DNA of 55,726 nucleotides, filler included, from Catajapyx aquilonaris (GCA_000934665.2; 4 parts of 4 records of this genome joined end to end with filler, not necessarily neighbours in it), one strand, 5' to 3'. Shown: positions 34,701 through 46,709, numbered from the whole stretch's first letter. The notes: generated by a model not told the origin, from the sequence alone. Made by a program: numbers and translations.

Positions 34701-35265
34701 CTGCATTGGATACCTATTCAGAACCACTGCCAGAACCCATGTACCGCTGCGACATTTACGGATCCCATAATGCTGGGAATCATTTGCGGTCAGTGACTGT
34801 AGACCAGTGGTTCCCAACCTTTTTCAGGTCGCAACCACCTTTTATGATAGTCACGTAACCTGCNCCCCCCGGTGCTAGAAGGTGTTGAAAAAACCTTCGC
34901 AATCGAATTTCCAATACATTTTTAAATGATTTTGTGACAAATTATAGCAATATTTTAATTTATAAAAATTACCGCGGCCACGTGCGACCCACTGGAAAAG
35001 GCTTCGCAACCACCCGGTTGGGAACCGCTGCTGTAGACTAATGACACTGACAGTAAGTGTATATTTCATCCTTGACATATGATGTTTCAGGTCAATGATG
35101 GCACTTGGCTCAAGCCAGACTTGGCATGAGGCACTGAACACACTGACAAGAGGCTCGGCTATTAGTGCAGCACCATTGTTGGAGTATTATGCACCCTTGT
35201 TCATCTGGCTGAAGGAGGAGATCAAGAACAACAACATTCCACTTGGCTGGGAACAATACCCATAA
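28791..35265 (+). CDS. ACE: Angiotensin-converting enzyme-like peptidyl-dipeptidase (M2), 5'-incomplete, no C-terminal membrane anchor. Exons 28791-28982, 29041-29299, 29445-29553, 30312-30426, 30522-30765, 34648-34788, 35091-35265
   Basis: Phase-consistent GT-AG splicing gives PLY.YLHAYVR..IPAHVLGNMWAQNW, F..AENFFVSMGL, zinc motif IHHEMGHVEYYMAY, DGANSAFHEALGD (third ligand E), LDKWRW, FDPAAKFHV..TPYIRYF, CDIYGS, PLLEYYAPL..WL..GWEQYP*. Confidence 0.95.
31390..31770. mobile_element. pogo/Tigger-like MITE in an ACE intron
   Basis: CAGTGGAGCCTCGATTATCCGAA ... TTCGGATAATTGAGGTTCCACTG|TA. Confidence 0.7.
32197..33190. mobile_element. Tc1/mariner-like element (related copy at 13516-13640) carrying a nested TTAA-flanked insertion at 32452-33060
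   Basis: CATAGGAACCCGTGTCCGGAAACGCCATCTA at ~32265 is inverted at ~33140-33172. The central palindrome TTACCTCAC-TTAA-GTGAGGTAA is split by the insert, with TTAA duplicated. Confidence 0.65.
33451..33712 (+). mobile_element. tRNA-derived SINE copy lacking its 3' tail
   Basis: A box TGGCCGAGATGG, B box GGTTCGATCC; body shared with the 25186 copy. Confidence 0.85.
34078..34550. repeat. Dispersed ~150-bp-unit repeat in direct and inverted orientation (also at ~39590-39820 and ~40200-40415)
   Basis: Recurring GGCCCCTTAGGTCACGAGTTATGCGGTGTTGCCAACCTGG and GTGATAAGAAGGTGCCACTTGGCA. Confidence 0.7.
34805..35030. mobile_element. hAT (Charlie-like) MITE in the last ACE intron
   Basis: TIR CAGTGGTTCCCAACC / GGTTGGGAACCGCTG; perfect 8-bp TSD CTGTAGAC. 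Confidence 0.85.
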
Positions 35266-36007
35266 CCTAATGCCACACCTAGGCTATGTGTTTGGATGTA
35301 ATCCTAATCTAAGAATATTAAAATGTAATACCAGGAGATAGTAAGTTTATTTCAAAGCAGTGGTACAGTGATTACATTGATTTAGAAAGATATAAAAGGC
35401 ACAGCCTACTTTTCAGTCTTGATTCACAAACAAAAACAGCAAGGCCACTGTAGCTGGACAGCATGGTGTAGTGGCATCAGCCTTCTACATCTGAGGTCTC
35501 CCACACAATCGACACAACAAAGAAGATCTTTTCGTGCAGGAAGTTTAAAAGATTCTCTCCCCCTTTGCATAGATTTTCTTTTTTGGGATTTTCCTATTCC
35601 TCCCCATCTCCATTCCTAATACCTTGATAATCACCTTGATAATACATACATAGGTACATTCCTTTACGGCATATTCCCATCTAGATGGGGTTACCAGCGA
35701 TGACCAGGTAGGCCTACAGTCCACCTGGCTATCTCGAACGACCAGTATAATGAGTCCTCTGGTGACTGGTCAGGCCACGCAGAGGATATAATGATAGACT
35801 AATAACTGGTGATCAATTACCTAGTCTGTGCCAACTGTGCAGGAGTGTGATTTCTGCAGCAAGGGATCTCACCATTTAATTATCAGATATTATCAACACT
35901 TTGTACTAATGGCTTTGGAGACTGGAACTCTCCCTACAAAAATGACCATATATGCATGAAGAGAATTCATTGTGCTCCTGCCACACGAAAAAATCTGCAC
36001 CTAATTA

Positions 36008-37371
36008 CACTGGTCTACAAGGTTTTTGTAGCAAAGATCACTGATAGTGTTCCTAATAGAACTTTTTACGCTGCATTCAAATATGTAATTAGAATCTTTC
36101 CATCACGCATAGTTATTTTGCTACGACTGTTTTTATGCGTCAATTTGTGAGTTTTCATGTATTTTTTTACCATTCATGCTGTATGATGAATATTTTATAT
36201 TTAGTATTTTGTACTGATGTTGGCTCTGTAATGGAAATCCTGGGGCATGAACACATCCCAACAGAGTGGTGCTTGTTCATTGATTCTTCTAAAGCCAGCT
36301 TGAAAGCTGTTCTGCTTCACAATGGCAATGAATTTCCTTCTGTACCATTAGCTAACACCGCAAACATGAAAGCATCATATGAAAATATGAAACTCCTCCT
36401 GGAAAAGATTGACTACGAGACATATGTCTGGAAGGTTTGTGGCGATTTGAAAGTCATTGCACTTTTACTCGGATTGCAGCTTGGATACACAAAGTATTGT
36501 TGTTTTCTATGTGAATGGGACAGCCGAGACAAAAAAAGTCATTTCACTGCAAAGAAATGGAAAGCACGTGAATCGTTTACCCATCATCCACTTGTCAAAC
36601 CTGAGAATGTTTACTTACCCCCCCCCCCCTCCCCCCCCCACACACACACACATTAAACTGTGATAATGAAAAACTTTGTTAAGGCAATGGACTGCACTGG
36701 TGATGGATTTTCCTACTTGAAGGAACAATTCCCTAAGATAAGTGATGCCAAGATTAAGGAAGGGATTTTTGTGGGTCCTCAAATAAGGCAGTTGATGAGG
36801 GATACAAGATTTGAGGAGCACTTAAACAGCATAGAAAAGGCAGCATGGAATTCCTTGGAAAGTGTCACTAAAAACTTCTTGGGGAATTCAAAGGCGGAAA
36901 ATTACTGTGAATTAGTACGCGAACTCTTGGACTCCTACAAAGCTATGGAATGCAACATGTCCCTTAAGATCAATTTCCTGAACTCCCACCTGGACTTTTT
37001 CCCGGAGAATCTTGATGTCAGCGATGAACAAGGAGAGCGATTTCATCAAGACATCACCAGCATGGAAAAGCGATACCAAGTAAAATGGAATCCAAATATG
37101 TTGGCAGACTACTGCTGGACACTCAAGAGATATATCCCGCAAGCAAAATACAGCAGAAGGTCATCAATGGCTTCTTTTTAATGGGTAATGTATATTATGT
37201 AACTTATATACCAGCTTCATATGACTCCTTCAAATTTAAATTGTGTGTTAGGTAAAAACCCTGCGTGATAGAAAGAAACCAATTACATATTTGAATTCAG
37301 CGGAAAATGTACTATTAGAATCACATTATTTCCCGTGCTACACAAAAAAAGTTTTTTTTTGTAGACCAGTG
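36008..37371 (+). mobile_element. Chapaev3 (CMC) DNA transposon, internally deleted, with a frameshifted transposase (~36210-37181)
   Basis: TTA|CACTGGTCTACAA ... TTGTAGACCAGTG|TTA. Transposase motifs WCLFIDSSKASLKAVLLHNGN, CGDLKV..LLGLQLGYTKYCCFLCEWDSR, HIKL..MKNFVKAM, AKIKEGIFVGPQIR, HLDFFPENL.VSDEQGERFHQDI, MLADYCW. Confidence 0.88.
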
Positions 37372-38137
37372 TTATTATTATGCTGTAGGATGGTTCTGAA
37401 GCTCTAAAGCTATGCACCTGGGCTGACAATTCATGCCTGGAGGGCAAGGAATCAATTGATCATTGCACAAGGTCACTTGGAGTTGACATGGTGTGAGTGG
37501 GTTAGAAAAGTGGTTGCCGAGCAAACCTGATCTGCAGTTGCTTCCTTTACCTCAAGCTGGAATAGACTGGCCTCCTAATCTTAAGATCTGCAGGTACATT
37601 GTAATTAAATGATGATGATTATGACTACACAATAAAAATGTGCTCTTTTGACTTAAACACGGTTATTTTCATCATCTACAAGCATAAATTTGTTTGTTAG
37701 AACGTCCAACTCCGGTATGATAGTAAAGGCATCAAACACGTCTTCCAATTCCAACTCAGATGGCATACTGAAATTCAAATGCTCATTAGATATTAGCAAA
37801 AATGTGTAAATTATAAAATTAAATGATAAATACCTGTTAATCCTCTTGTATTTCAGCATCACAGCCTTCTGTAACACAGTTTTGACTAGGCATTTTATTG
37901 CCTGAAATAATGAATTGTGTACTTTAAGTTGTTGTACCAGAAAAAAAGTAGCAGCAGCATAGTCATGGATGCAAAATAATTCAACAGTAATGTCTACCAA
38001 TTTACACTGTAACGATATTGTTTGTCATCTTGTTATTGAGTGTGTGGCAGTTTTATTCAGTTGTGTGGGCAGCTCTGACAATGGTCTATTAAGGTGTACT
38101 GTATATCAGACTCAAAATTATAATTGACAAGACTGCG

Positions 38138-38181
38138 NNNNNNNNNNNNNNNNNNNNNNNNNNNNNNNNNNNNNNNNNNNN
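38138..38181. other. Assembly gap (44 N, no linker)
   Basis: Run of N without the TTAATTAATTAA tag. Confidence 0.9.
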
Positions 38182-39167
38182 CCAAAATGATTTATACGTC
38201 ATCCCCCCCCCCCCCCACCCCACACACACACAAATACAAGGCCCATGCAGGTGGGCAGATAGGCACACATTATCAATAGAATCCACCTGGAGCCAAATGC
38301 ATACGAGTCATGGGTGGGCCAACCTCTCCAGGCCCTCCAGGAACCACTTTTTGGAGATGCGTGTAATTTTGGTCCAGCTTTATACCACACAAAGTGACAT
38401 CGATAGAGCTTCAAAACGCAGAAAAGTTCATAGCTGTACTGTTTTTCTTTTCAAATGAAAAGGGTGGGACACTTTGGTCAAAAATGGGGTCTGGGGGGGT
38501 ATCGTTCGTCTTTGTTTCTCCCCCTCCTCTTGTGATTTTTGTGTCATCTTCATGTGTGTAAATGTACTATATCGCTCAAAAAGATAGAGACGATTGGCAT
38601 TTGATTCAAGTGCAAGTTGCACTTGAGTCAAATGCAAAATCGTCTCTATCTTTTTGGGCGATATAGTACATCGACAGAGCTTCAAAAAGGTCATCTCTGT
38701 AACCTTTCCAGTTTTTGAGTACAATGGAAGAGAAAATTCACCTGCTTTTTGCAGAGGCCCCCATTATTTTGTCTAACTCCTGTATATTGAATCAATCAAC
38801 GTATGCAAAAGTGATTGAAAGTGGAGGGGTAATTATAAATTATCATTCTGTGGAGCCTTGGGAGCCTGTTTGTAAGTACACATCATCATAAGTCGGGTTG
38901 TTCATAAACTGGGGACTTCCTGTATTTTTACACAAACTTATTCATAACACATCATTTATGTCACTTTCCCTATGCACTCATCAGCAACTGCCTTGTGCAA
39001 TATTGTCAGGCCTGAAATCACACTTGAAAGCAAGACATGCACACATGCCACACCTTCATGGTCACTAATTTCTTCGGTGACAGCTAATGCATAACCACTG
39101 GACAGGGTTTTGTAAGCAATGAAGTGACCCACCTCCTTCCTATCTGCAATAATTTCAGTGAGTTTAA

Positions 39168-39547
39168 GGGTGGGATAAAGGTCCCTGCGCTTATGGAGGT
39201 TGACATGTTAAATGTCGGGCCTAATAACTCCGTAATTACTGAACAGAATGACATTAAATTTTTGACACAACACAACACAACAACCCTTGTCACGGCTATG
39301 TTGAGCGATTTTGCTCATTTGGTCCTTATTCTTCACAGGACATTATTTCCTCACATGCCTTCCAATTCCTCTCAGTTTCGTGGTTTTCATAATTAACTCA
39401 ATCCCTAAAACAGGTGTCGCTCAACATAGCCGTGAAAAGGGTTGTTGTGTCAAAAATTTCATGTCATTCTGTTCAGTAATTACAGAGTTATTAGGACCGA
39501 CATTTAAAATGTCAACCTCCATAAGCACCGGGACCTTTATCCCACCC
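39168..39547. mobile_element. TTAA-flanked foldback MITE (Kolobok-like termini)
   Basis: TTAA|GGGTGGGATAAAGGTCCC ... GGGACCTTTATCCCACCC|TTAA with ~140-bp arms. Confidence 0.75.
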
Positions 39548-39823
39548 TTAAACTAAAACTGGAGCTCTTTTATTGCCCCTGCCCTACATAGTTCGGGTCC
39601 TAAGCGCAAAAATTAGGCCTAACCTTGCACTTTGTGATAATGTGTCACTTGGCACATATGTTCCTTAGGCCTATAGGAGCAATTTCAGAGTTGCAGGCAA
39701 CTGATCTGCCCCTTAGGTCACAAGTTATGCGGTGTTGCCAACCTGGTCAGGGAACTAAGCGTTTTTAACTCGGCACTTTGTGATAAGAAGGTGCCACTTG
39801 GCAGACATGTTCCCTAGGTGTAT

Positions 39824-40170
39824 TTTTTATTTACGTTACCCCATGATAGGGCCAGAGGTCCTTATAGGGGGGTGGAATACCACCATTTTTCCTTCAATTT
39901 TCTGATTTTTCTTCTAACTCCGGTGCAAGGATGAAAGGACATGGGGTAAGGATGGGGATTCTGTTGGGGAGGGAACATGGGTGCAAGTGCATTGTCTGAA
40001 AAGGGGTCATATGCTGTTGTTCCCCAGGAGGTTAGGTTGCCAGACACCTCCTTGGTGCAGGTCAGAAACCCTCCTGACACAGGTGAAAGGGAACTCCCAG
40101 GCGGTGATCGAACCTGGGACCTTTCACTCAGCAAGCCGAGACGTTACCATCTCGGCCACCACACCTCCTC
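39824..40170 (-). mobile_element. tRNA-derived SINE, full-length copy
   Basis: Reverse complement of the 25186 family; 12-bp TSD CCCTAGGTGTAT (39812-39823, 40171-40182). Confidence 0.88.
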
Positions 40171-40659
40171 CCCTAGGTGTATATGAGATATTTGAGAGAT
40201 AGGGGCACTTGAACAGCCCATTAGGGCACGAGTTATGTGGTGTTGCCAACTCCATGAAGCTAAGCTAACCTAAGCGTTTTTAACTTTGCATTTTGGGATA
40301 AGAAGGTGCCCCTTGGCACACATTTTCCCGGGCCTGTCGGAGCCATTTGAGAGTTGCCGGCATCTGAGCGGCCCCTTAGGTCACGAGTTATACGACGTTG
40401 CCCACCTGGTCAGGTTCAAAACGTGGAAACGTCCTAAAAGCCCGATAAAACCGCATTAGAATGGCAGAAAATGATACCGAGTCACTCTGCTGAAGCATTA
40501 CAAGGTAATGAGGTGACACCTGTCCACAAATGACCCTGAATATAGTCATTGACACGTGGACCGCTTGTTTGGAAACCACGAGGATTTCTTCGGAAAAGAA
40601 AGGGTGATATGGAAAATGGTTTTCCTCTCTTGGAGAAGTTCGTTGTTGCAATGTAGGAC

Positions 40660-41055
40660 TATGGCAGCGATGCCGCTGCAGTGAATGAGTGCAGGAGGAA
40701 TCTATTTACCAGAAAGGGGAGGCAGGTAGAGGTAATACCACCCACCGAAGATGCTCTAAGGCAGCATTGCCTCCAAGCTGGCTACCAGGGAGGGCAGGTT
40801 TGGGGCCGATGTCTGAATGCCATGCAAGAGCTTCCAGATCCATCAGGCTGGGGCTGGATTCGTGCTGCTCAGGGCAGTGCAGTGTCATGGGAGCCTGTAT
40901 GGACCACTCTTCCAGTAGCACAAGAGTCTCTGCTCCTACTGATAAAATGTGGATGCAAGAAATTGTGCATGGTGAAGTGCAAGTGCAAAGAAGCTAATTT
41001 GCCGTACACAGATCTTTGCCAGTACGGTGCCCGTTGTCAATATCATATGAGTTAA
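40660..41055 (+). mobile_element. C-terminal fragment of a DNA-transposon protein with a CXC/Cys8 zinc finger (AcademX-like)
   Basis: IPPTEDALRQH..AGYQ..W..LPDPSGWGW..WEPVWTTLP..LIKCGCKKLC..KCKCKEANLPYTDLC. Two expected Cys read Tyr, suggesting decay. The superfamily is assigned from memory of the Academ XPG+Cys8 architecture. Confidence 0.6.
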
Positions 41056-41226
41056 TGTATGATACATGTATAATGTATAATGTACAGGTGTTTGTTTGTT
41101 TGTTTCAACAAAAAAGTTTCAACATTCGAGAAGGTGAAGTAGAGTTCTAATAAATGTTCTGGTGTCTGTTTTGCCATCAGATGACTTTAAGTGGATATTA
41201 TTCACCACAGTAGTCATTATAATATA

Positions 41227-41229
41227 ATA

Positions 41230-41272
<43 letters not shown>

Positions 41273-41285
41273 GTAATAATAATAA
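41227..41285. repeat. (AAT)n microsatellite
   Basis: AAT run with one AGT interruption. Confidence 0.95.
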
Positions 41286-41806
41286 AAAATTGGGTATTAG
41301 GCGTACCCCTCAGGGGTTTTCTGCCTTGACCTTTATTTTTGACGATGGTACAATTTTTGGGAATCCTATTTTTGAAGCACCCAGGCCCATTAGTCCAGTG
41401 CAATTAGGTTTTTACATGGAACAAATTAATAACAAAGCACCCTTTTGGGGATATGTTCAGGACATGTCCTTGAACCTGTGGACGAAGTTCCCCAAGTTTC
41501 CGGTGACGGGATTGGCCGCCATCTTGGAAAATGTAGGCGCCATTTTGGATACCCTTTACGCCAGTGTAGCGGACGAACCAGTGAAGCTAGAGCGATGATT
41601 CTTTTTGCAGATTGTTCCTCATGAGACACCGCCTCGATTTGATGCCTTAACATTTTCTCGTATGTGCCGTTTTTATAGCGAAAACAGCCAATTGAAGTGT
41701 TACGCGGGTTTTTTTCAAAGCATTAAATGGCGTTTTACTCAACATTCGGGCATTTTATGCGGAAAAGCTTCAAATGAAAAATGTCAATCCAGACCTTCTA
41801 AATAGA

Positions 41807-41906
41807 NNNNNNNNNNNNNNNNNNNNNNNNNNNNNNNNNNNNNNNNNNNNTTAATTAATTAANNNNNNNNNNNNNNNNNNNNNNNNNNNNNNNNNNNNNN
41901 NNNNNN
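41807..41906. other. Artificial scaffold-join spacer
   Basis: N44-TTAATTAATTAA-N44. Confidence 0.97.
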
Positions 41907-42345
41907 TCCTTTGACTCGCCAGGATGGTCGAGGGACTCCCCAGGGTCATCAGTGGACCCGCCAGGATAGTCAGAGCAGTTCCGGGAGGGGTGGTCTTTTG
42001 ACTCCCCTGAGGTGTCAGGCGACTTGTTTGGAGAGTGAACTGACTCTGCTTGGCGAGTCAAACTGGATATCGTCACCTGACTACCATAGCGTGTCACCTG
42101 ACGCGGCCATTTTTCTGTGTGTGTATCGCCAATGTATAGCATCCTCTACAAAATTGTTTACATTCGCCTAACATATCTTCAGCGAATATGCTGATTGTTA
42201 ACAATTGGGCTGCAGGTACAGCTGTACACTTCATGACCTTTGATGTTAAAGGAGCATTCACATGTTAAGATGCATCTGGTCAATTGTGGCTACCCACGTC
42301 ATCACCTGTTGACGTCAAGACTTCCGCAAAGTGAAATGATCTTAC

Positions 42346-44293
42346 CATGGCAGCGTCCTTTTGGCAAATTTGGCGGTAGAGTGACCGCCACTTTCCTGGA
42401 CGTTCTTCTCCTGACCACTTCCTCTTCCTCTTCCTTCTGGTCATCGGCCGGGTCAGGACATGACCCGGTCGCTCTAGAGAACAGACTTCTGAGTGACTCC
42501 ACCCTGCTGACCTTCTTCTTAGCTCCGAGGCTGCTCTTATGTGGTTGCCAATGTCGACGTCTGCTGGTGGACGTCGACGCCACCGACACCACCTGTTGGA
42601 GTCGTTCTGTAGACTCACTTCGTTTCAACTGCTCCCATTTCTTGCCCACTTTCTTGCCCCAAGTGGATAGACCTAGAAAGGGGAACGGGTCGAGTTATGT
42701 CAGATTCGGTTCTGCCACACACGCTTGGGTCCGGACCGGTCCAAGGTTCGCCTTGAGAGACGTGTACTGCAAGTCTAATTGCTGGGATGGGGAAGTGAAA
42801 GCTACACTTGATTTATAAGCAATCTTGTCATACCAAGCTGATATGGAACTTTGCCCATTTGCGTCCAATTAAATTCCGTCCAAATTTCGCCTCATTAAAT
42901 TTCGTCCCTTAAATTTCATACATAGTTCATACACCATCGTTGAAGGCAGGTCTATGGTCTTTGGACAATAATTTCATACGATGAAGTACCAATTGGACAA
43001 TTTCTTGTATATTTCGTCCAATTAAATTTCGTCCAGAGTCCAAAGGACATCGTCTTTGAGTAATAATTTTATGGGGTAGCTTTTCACCCGACATGCCCGG
43101 GCAGAATTGCACTCCCTACTCTGCCCAGGGCCAGAAGAAAAGGTCTGGTGTATTTCAGAAAGCCAGAAATGACTATAATTGCACTCCCTACTCTGCTTTT
43201 GGCCAGGAGAAAAGGTATGGTGTATTTCAGATAGTCAGAAATGACTATAATTATACTCCCTACTCTGCCCAGGGCCATGAGAAAAGGTCTGGTGTATTTC
43301 AGAAAGCCAGAAATGACTATAATTGCACTCCCTACTCTGCCCAGGGCCAGGAGAAAAGGTCTGGTGTATTTCAGAAAGTCAGAAATGATTATAATTGCAT
43401 TCCCTACTCTGCCCAGGGCCAGGAGAAAAGGTCTGGTGTATTTCAGAAAGTCAGAAATGACTAGAATTGCACTCCCTACTCTGCCTCGGGCCAGGAGAAA
43501 AGGTCTGGTGTATTTCAGAAAGTCAGAAATGACTATAATTACAGCGTCCTCCCTTGGTAACCTCCCCTCCCCCCCCCCCTAAAAGGGCTCCGCCCTATCA
43601 CGGGGTAAGTTAAATAAAAATAAATAAATAAATATTTGAAAAAATAATTTTATGGGACAAAATGTGTTTGGACGAAAGATTTTTGAACGAAATGCCTGTT
43701 GAACAATTTCGTCCCCTAAATTTCGTCCTTTGGCCTTTGGACAATTTTTTCATCGGACGAAAACTTTTGGCCAAAATTCTTTTGGACGAAATAGTTTTTT
43801 GAACAAGTGTTTCATGGCACTGGGAAACCCCATAGGGAAAAACCTCTGTGCCATATGGTATTAAGCAAGTCACACATTACCCAGGTGTCTAAACAGGGCC
43901 AACGCACCCTAGGAACTGTTGCAATACCATTGTTTAACAGTGGCCATCCAGACAGACATGTCAGCGACACAATAGGAAGGAACGAAGAGGAAAAAAAAAC
44001 CGCTGGTAAATAATTAGGCAATCCCTCTACCAGCACCAACCACCAGCTTGGAAAAACGTCGCAGACAGTTAATTAGAGGTCATTAAGCCGAGACATCTTG
44101 GTCACTATGTGCGTGTACCTTTCCCGGTCTGTTTGGCCGAATGTTGGGCGTCCGAATCGGCCCCTTTCCCACATAGAACCGGATCTTCTTTACGTCTTCC
44201 TGATGGTTGACCTTCTCCAGATTCGTTACGGAGTGGACTTAAGCTGACCAATTGTGGGTCTTCTTCTAAGGTGTTGCGTCGAAACAATCGCAT
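42346..44293 (-). CDS. First two coding exons (44293-44119, 42672-42346) of an unidentified gene with a disordered N-terminus; 3' part outside the piece
   Basis: Acceptor ttattacag|AAATG; a phase-1 donor joins a phase-1 acceptor (ctttctag|GT); second donor CATG|gtaag. Translation MRLFRRNTLEEDPQLVSLSPL..QTGK|GLSTWGKKVGKKWEQLKRSESTERL..KKVSRVESLRSLF.. Confidence 0.6.
43105..43541. repeat. 72-bp tandem repeat, 6 copies
   Basis: Unit AATTGCACTCCCTACTCTGCCCAGGGCCAGGAGAAAAGGTCTGGTGTATTTCAGAAAGTCAGAAATGACTAT, starting at 43105, 43177, 43249, 43321, 43393 and 43465. Confidence 0.95.
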
Positions 44294-44739
44294 TTCTGTA
44301 ATAAACAAAATAGTGATTACTGACCCTGAAACTATGGTTCAGCGTACCAGCTACACACAAAAAATTACACCGAAAGTGGTTGACCTAAGGGTTGAAATTC
44401 TCTCACGCACATTGCTTGTCTGATGAATACCAATGAAATCCTTGATAACTCCAGGGACCCAATGGTGACCCTGAAAATTTATCATTATCTATACGTCATC
44501 GATATATTTCCCCCCTCTTCTAGAAAGACAACGGTGTTTTAGCCCCCAACCATTCTTCACGTCCTGAAGTACGGTTTGAACCAGACCGTACGTGATCGCA
44601 TCGTTTTTGTAACCTGTCCTGATGATAGCACGGTACAATGACCATTCCGTATTGTTCCCATCCTAAGGGTTTCTCAGGACTGCAGCTTGAATAAGCACGA
44701 TTGATTGGGAATAAACATTAATTAGTAAAGAAGTTCACT

Positions 44740-45815
44740 TCTATGGAGTGAGCTGTGCAGCTTCTTTAGAGTTATAGACTGGAAGCTGCGCAGCTTAGTT
44801 TAGAAGCTGCACACCTCCCCATATAGAAGCTACGCAGCTCTATCTAGAATCTAGAGTGACCTGTGCAGCTTCTTTAGAGTGATGTGTGCAGCTTCTTTAG
44901 AGTGACGTGTGCAGCTTATAGACTAGAAGCTGAGCAGCTTACTATAGAAGCTGCACACCTCCCCATATAGAAGCTACGCAGCTCTATCTAAAATCTAGAG
45001 TGAGCTATGCAGCTTCTTCAGAGTGATGTGTGCATCTTCTAGACTCTAGAAGCTGCACACATCACTCTGAAGAAGCTGCACAGCTCACTCCATAAAACCC
45101 CAGCTGCACACATCACTCTGAATAAGCTGCACAGCTCACTCCATAAAACCCCAGCTGCACAGCTCCCGATAAAAGCTGCACAGCTCACTTCATAGAAAGA
45201 AGCTGCACAGCTCACTCCATAGAAAGAAGCTGCACAGCTCACTCCATAGAAAGAAGCTGCACAGCTCTATCTAGAATCCAAAGTGAGCTGTGCCCTGCGC
45301 AGCTTCTATAAAGCGAGGGTGCAGCTTCTTTAGAGTGCCGTATGGGGCTGTGCAGCTTCCATATAGAGAGAGATATGGCACAGCTTCGAAAGAGCTGTGC
45401 AGCTTCTATAACGAGAGATATGGGGGCAGCTTTGAAAGAGCTGTGCAGCTTCTATAACGAGAGATATGGCAGCTTTGAAAGAGCTGTGCAGCTTCTATAA
45501 CGAGAGATATGGCGCAGCTTTGAAAGAGCTGTGCAGCTTCTATAAAGAGAGCTATGGCGCTTCTATAAAGTGAGCTGTCAGCTTCTTTATAGAAGCGCCA
45601 TATCTCTCTTTATAGAAGCTGCACAGCTCTTTCAAAGCTGCTCCATATCTCCCCATAGAAGCTACCTCACTATATAAAAACTGCACACCTCACTCTAAAG
45701 TGAGCTGTCAGCTTCTTTAGAGTGAGGTGTGCAGTTTCTAGTTTCTATATAGAGTGAGGTGGGAGCTTCTATGGGGAGGTGTGCAACTTTTTTGGAGAAA
45801 GACATGAAGCTTCTT
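44740..45815. repeat. Complex minisatellite built on AGCTGTGCAGCTTCT / AGAAGCTGCACAGCT in alternating orientation
   Basis: Dozens of copies with several orientation switches (e.g. ~45040, ~45280, ~45590). Confidence 0.9.
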
Positions 45816-45929
45816 TAAAAGAGAGATCTAGATCTGGACAATCACATTTTCACGTACTGTTCGATCCTTAACAATCGTGGTATCCCAATAATGACCCATC
45901 CAATTCACTTTTTAAATATAAAAAAACGG

Positions 45930-46700
45930 GTTCGACGCCCCAGGCCTCCTTAAAATCTTCGCAATCTCTTGTCGAACCATTGCTTTCTCTTTTTCTTATC
46001 AGACATTTTGGCATTCCTTTCCAGCCCCATTAACTTTCATCACCTGACCGCCTTTCGCGCACCTTCCTGCTGCAAAAGGGTGCGATCTCAAAAATCGTTC
46101 AAGTTCAGCTACTTAAACCTGGTTTTTTTGAGGGGGTGAGTTAGTATCTTGGGGGCTGCTTCTGGCAAGTCAAGCGGGACTTGGGAGCCAAGTTATGGCT
46201 TGTGTCCCGAGGCCAATTATCTTTCAGTTCACGCAACCATGACCAGGGTTTTCCTGTCGGTTCATGCACGGAGAAGGAGATACGTGCTTCTTCAAAAGAC
46301 TTACACACACAGAAAAAATGGTGTATAAACCAAACCCATCCGCTTCAATTAGTCTCAAGAAAATGGCGAACCCCCGATGAGGAAATTGGTAAACCCCACC
46401 CACGGGTACGATTCGCTTCGGGAGAGTCAATGGCCTTTGGGTCAAGAGCGGGGAAAAAAAAGGGGGTGGAGGATTTAGTACAGATCACTAAAAATTGTGG
46501 GGTGTATACCTGAGACCGGTAGATGGCAAGGCAAAGTCGAGATGGGAGGGACAAACATCCGGATGGACAGAACGAGCCATTAAGTAGAGGTGTTTTACTG
46601 GTCGTAAAAGTGGGTATGTCACATTTTGAGGTCGCGAAAGTAGTTTGCTGAAGAATTTGGAACCATTTAGAACCAACTAAATGCTGCAAGCATTTAGGAC
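45930..46700 (-). mobile_element. Possible heavily decayed LINE ORF2 (endonuclease region) remnant
   Basis: The minus strand has ILQQT and PSGCL (cf. LQET and RPSGGL of APE domains) and TGGTTCGACAAG..TGC (cf. the WFD..C linker motif); many frame breaks. Confidence 0.3.
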
Positions 46701-46709
46701 AATACAGAA

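Noticed and set aside
4232..35265. Functional cluster of Tudor, CAP and ACE (reproductive or venom genes)
   Set aside because: The genes lie on different pieces separated by artificial spacers.
43105..43541. Possible CRISPR array or repeat-protein gene
   Set aside because: Units are head-to-tail with no unique spacers and there are no cas genes. ORF openness follows from the 72-bp period, and an in-frame TAG occurs at 43462.
44740..45815. Palindromic repeats with variable spacers resembling CRISPR
   Set aside because: The spacers are themselves repetitive, orientation flips, and the context is eukaryotic.
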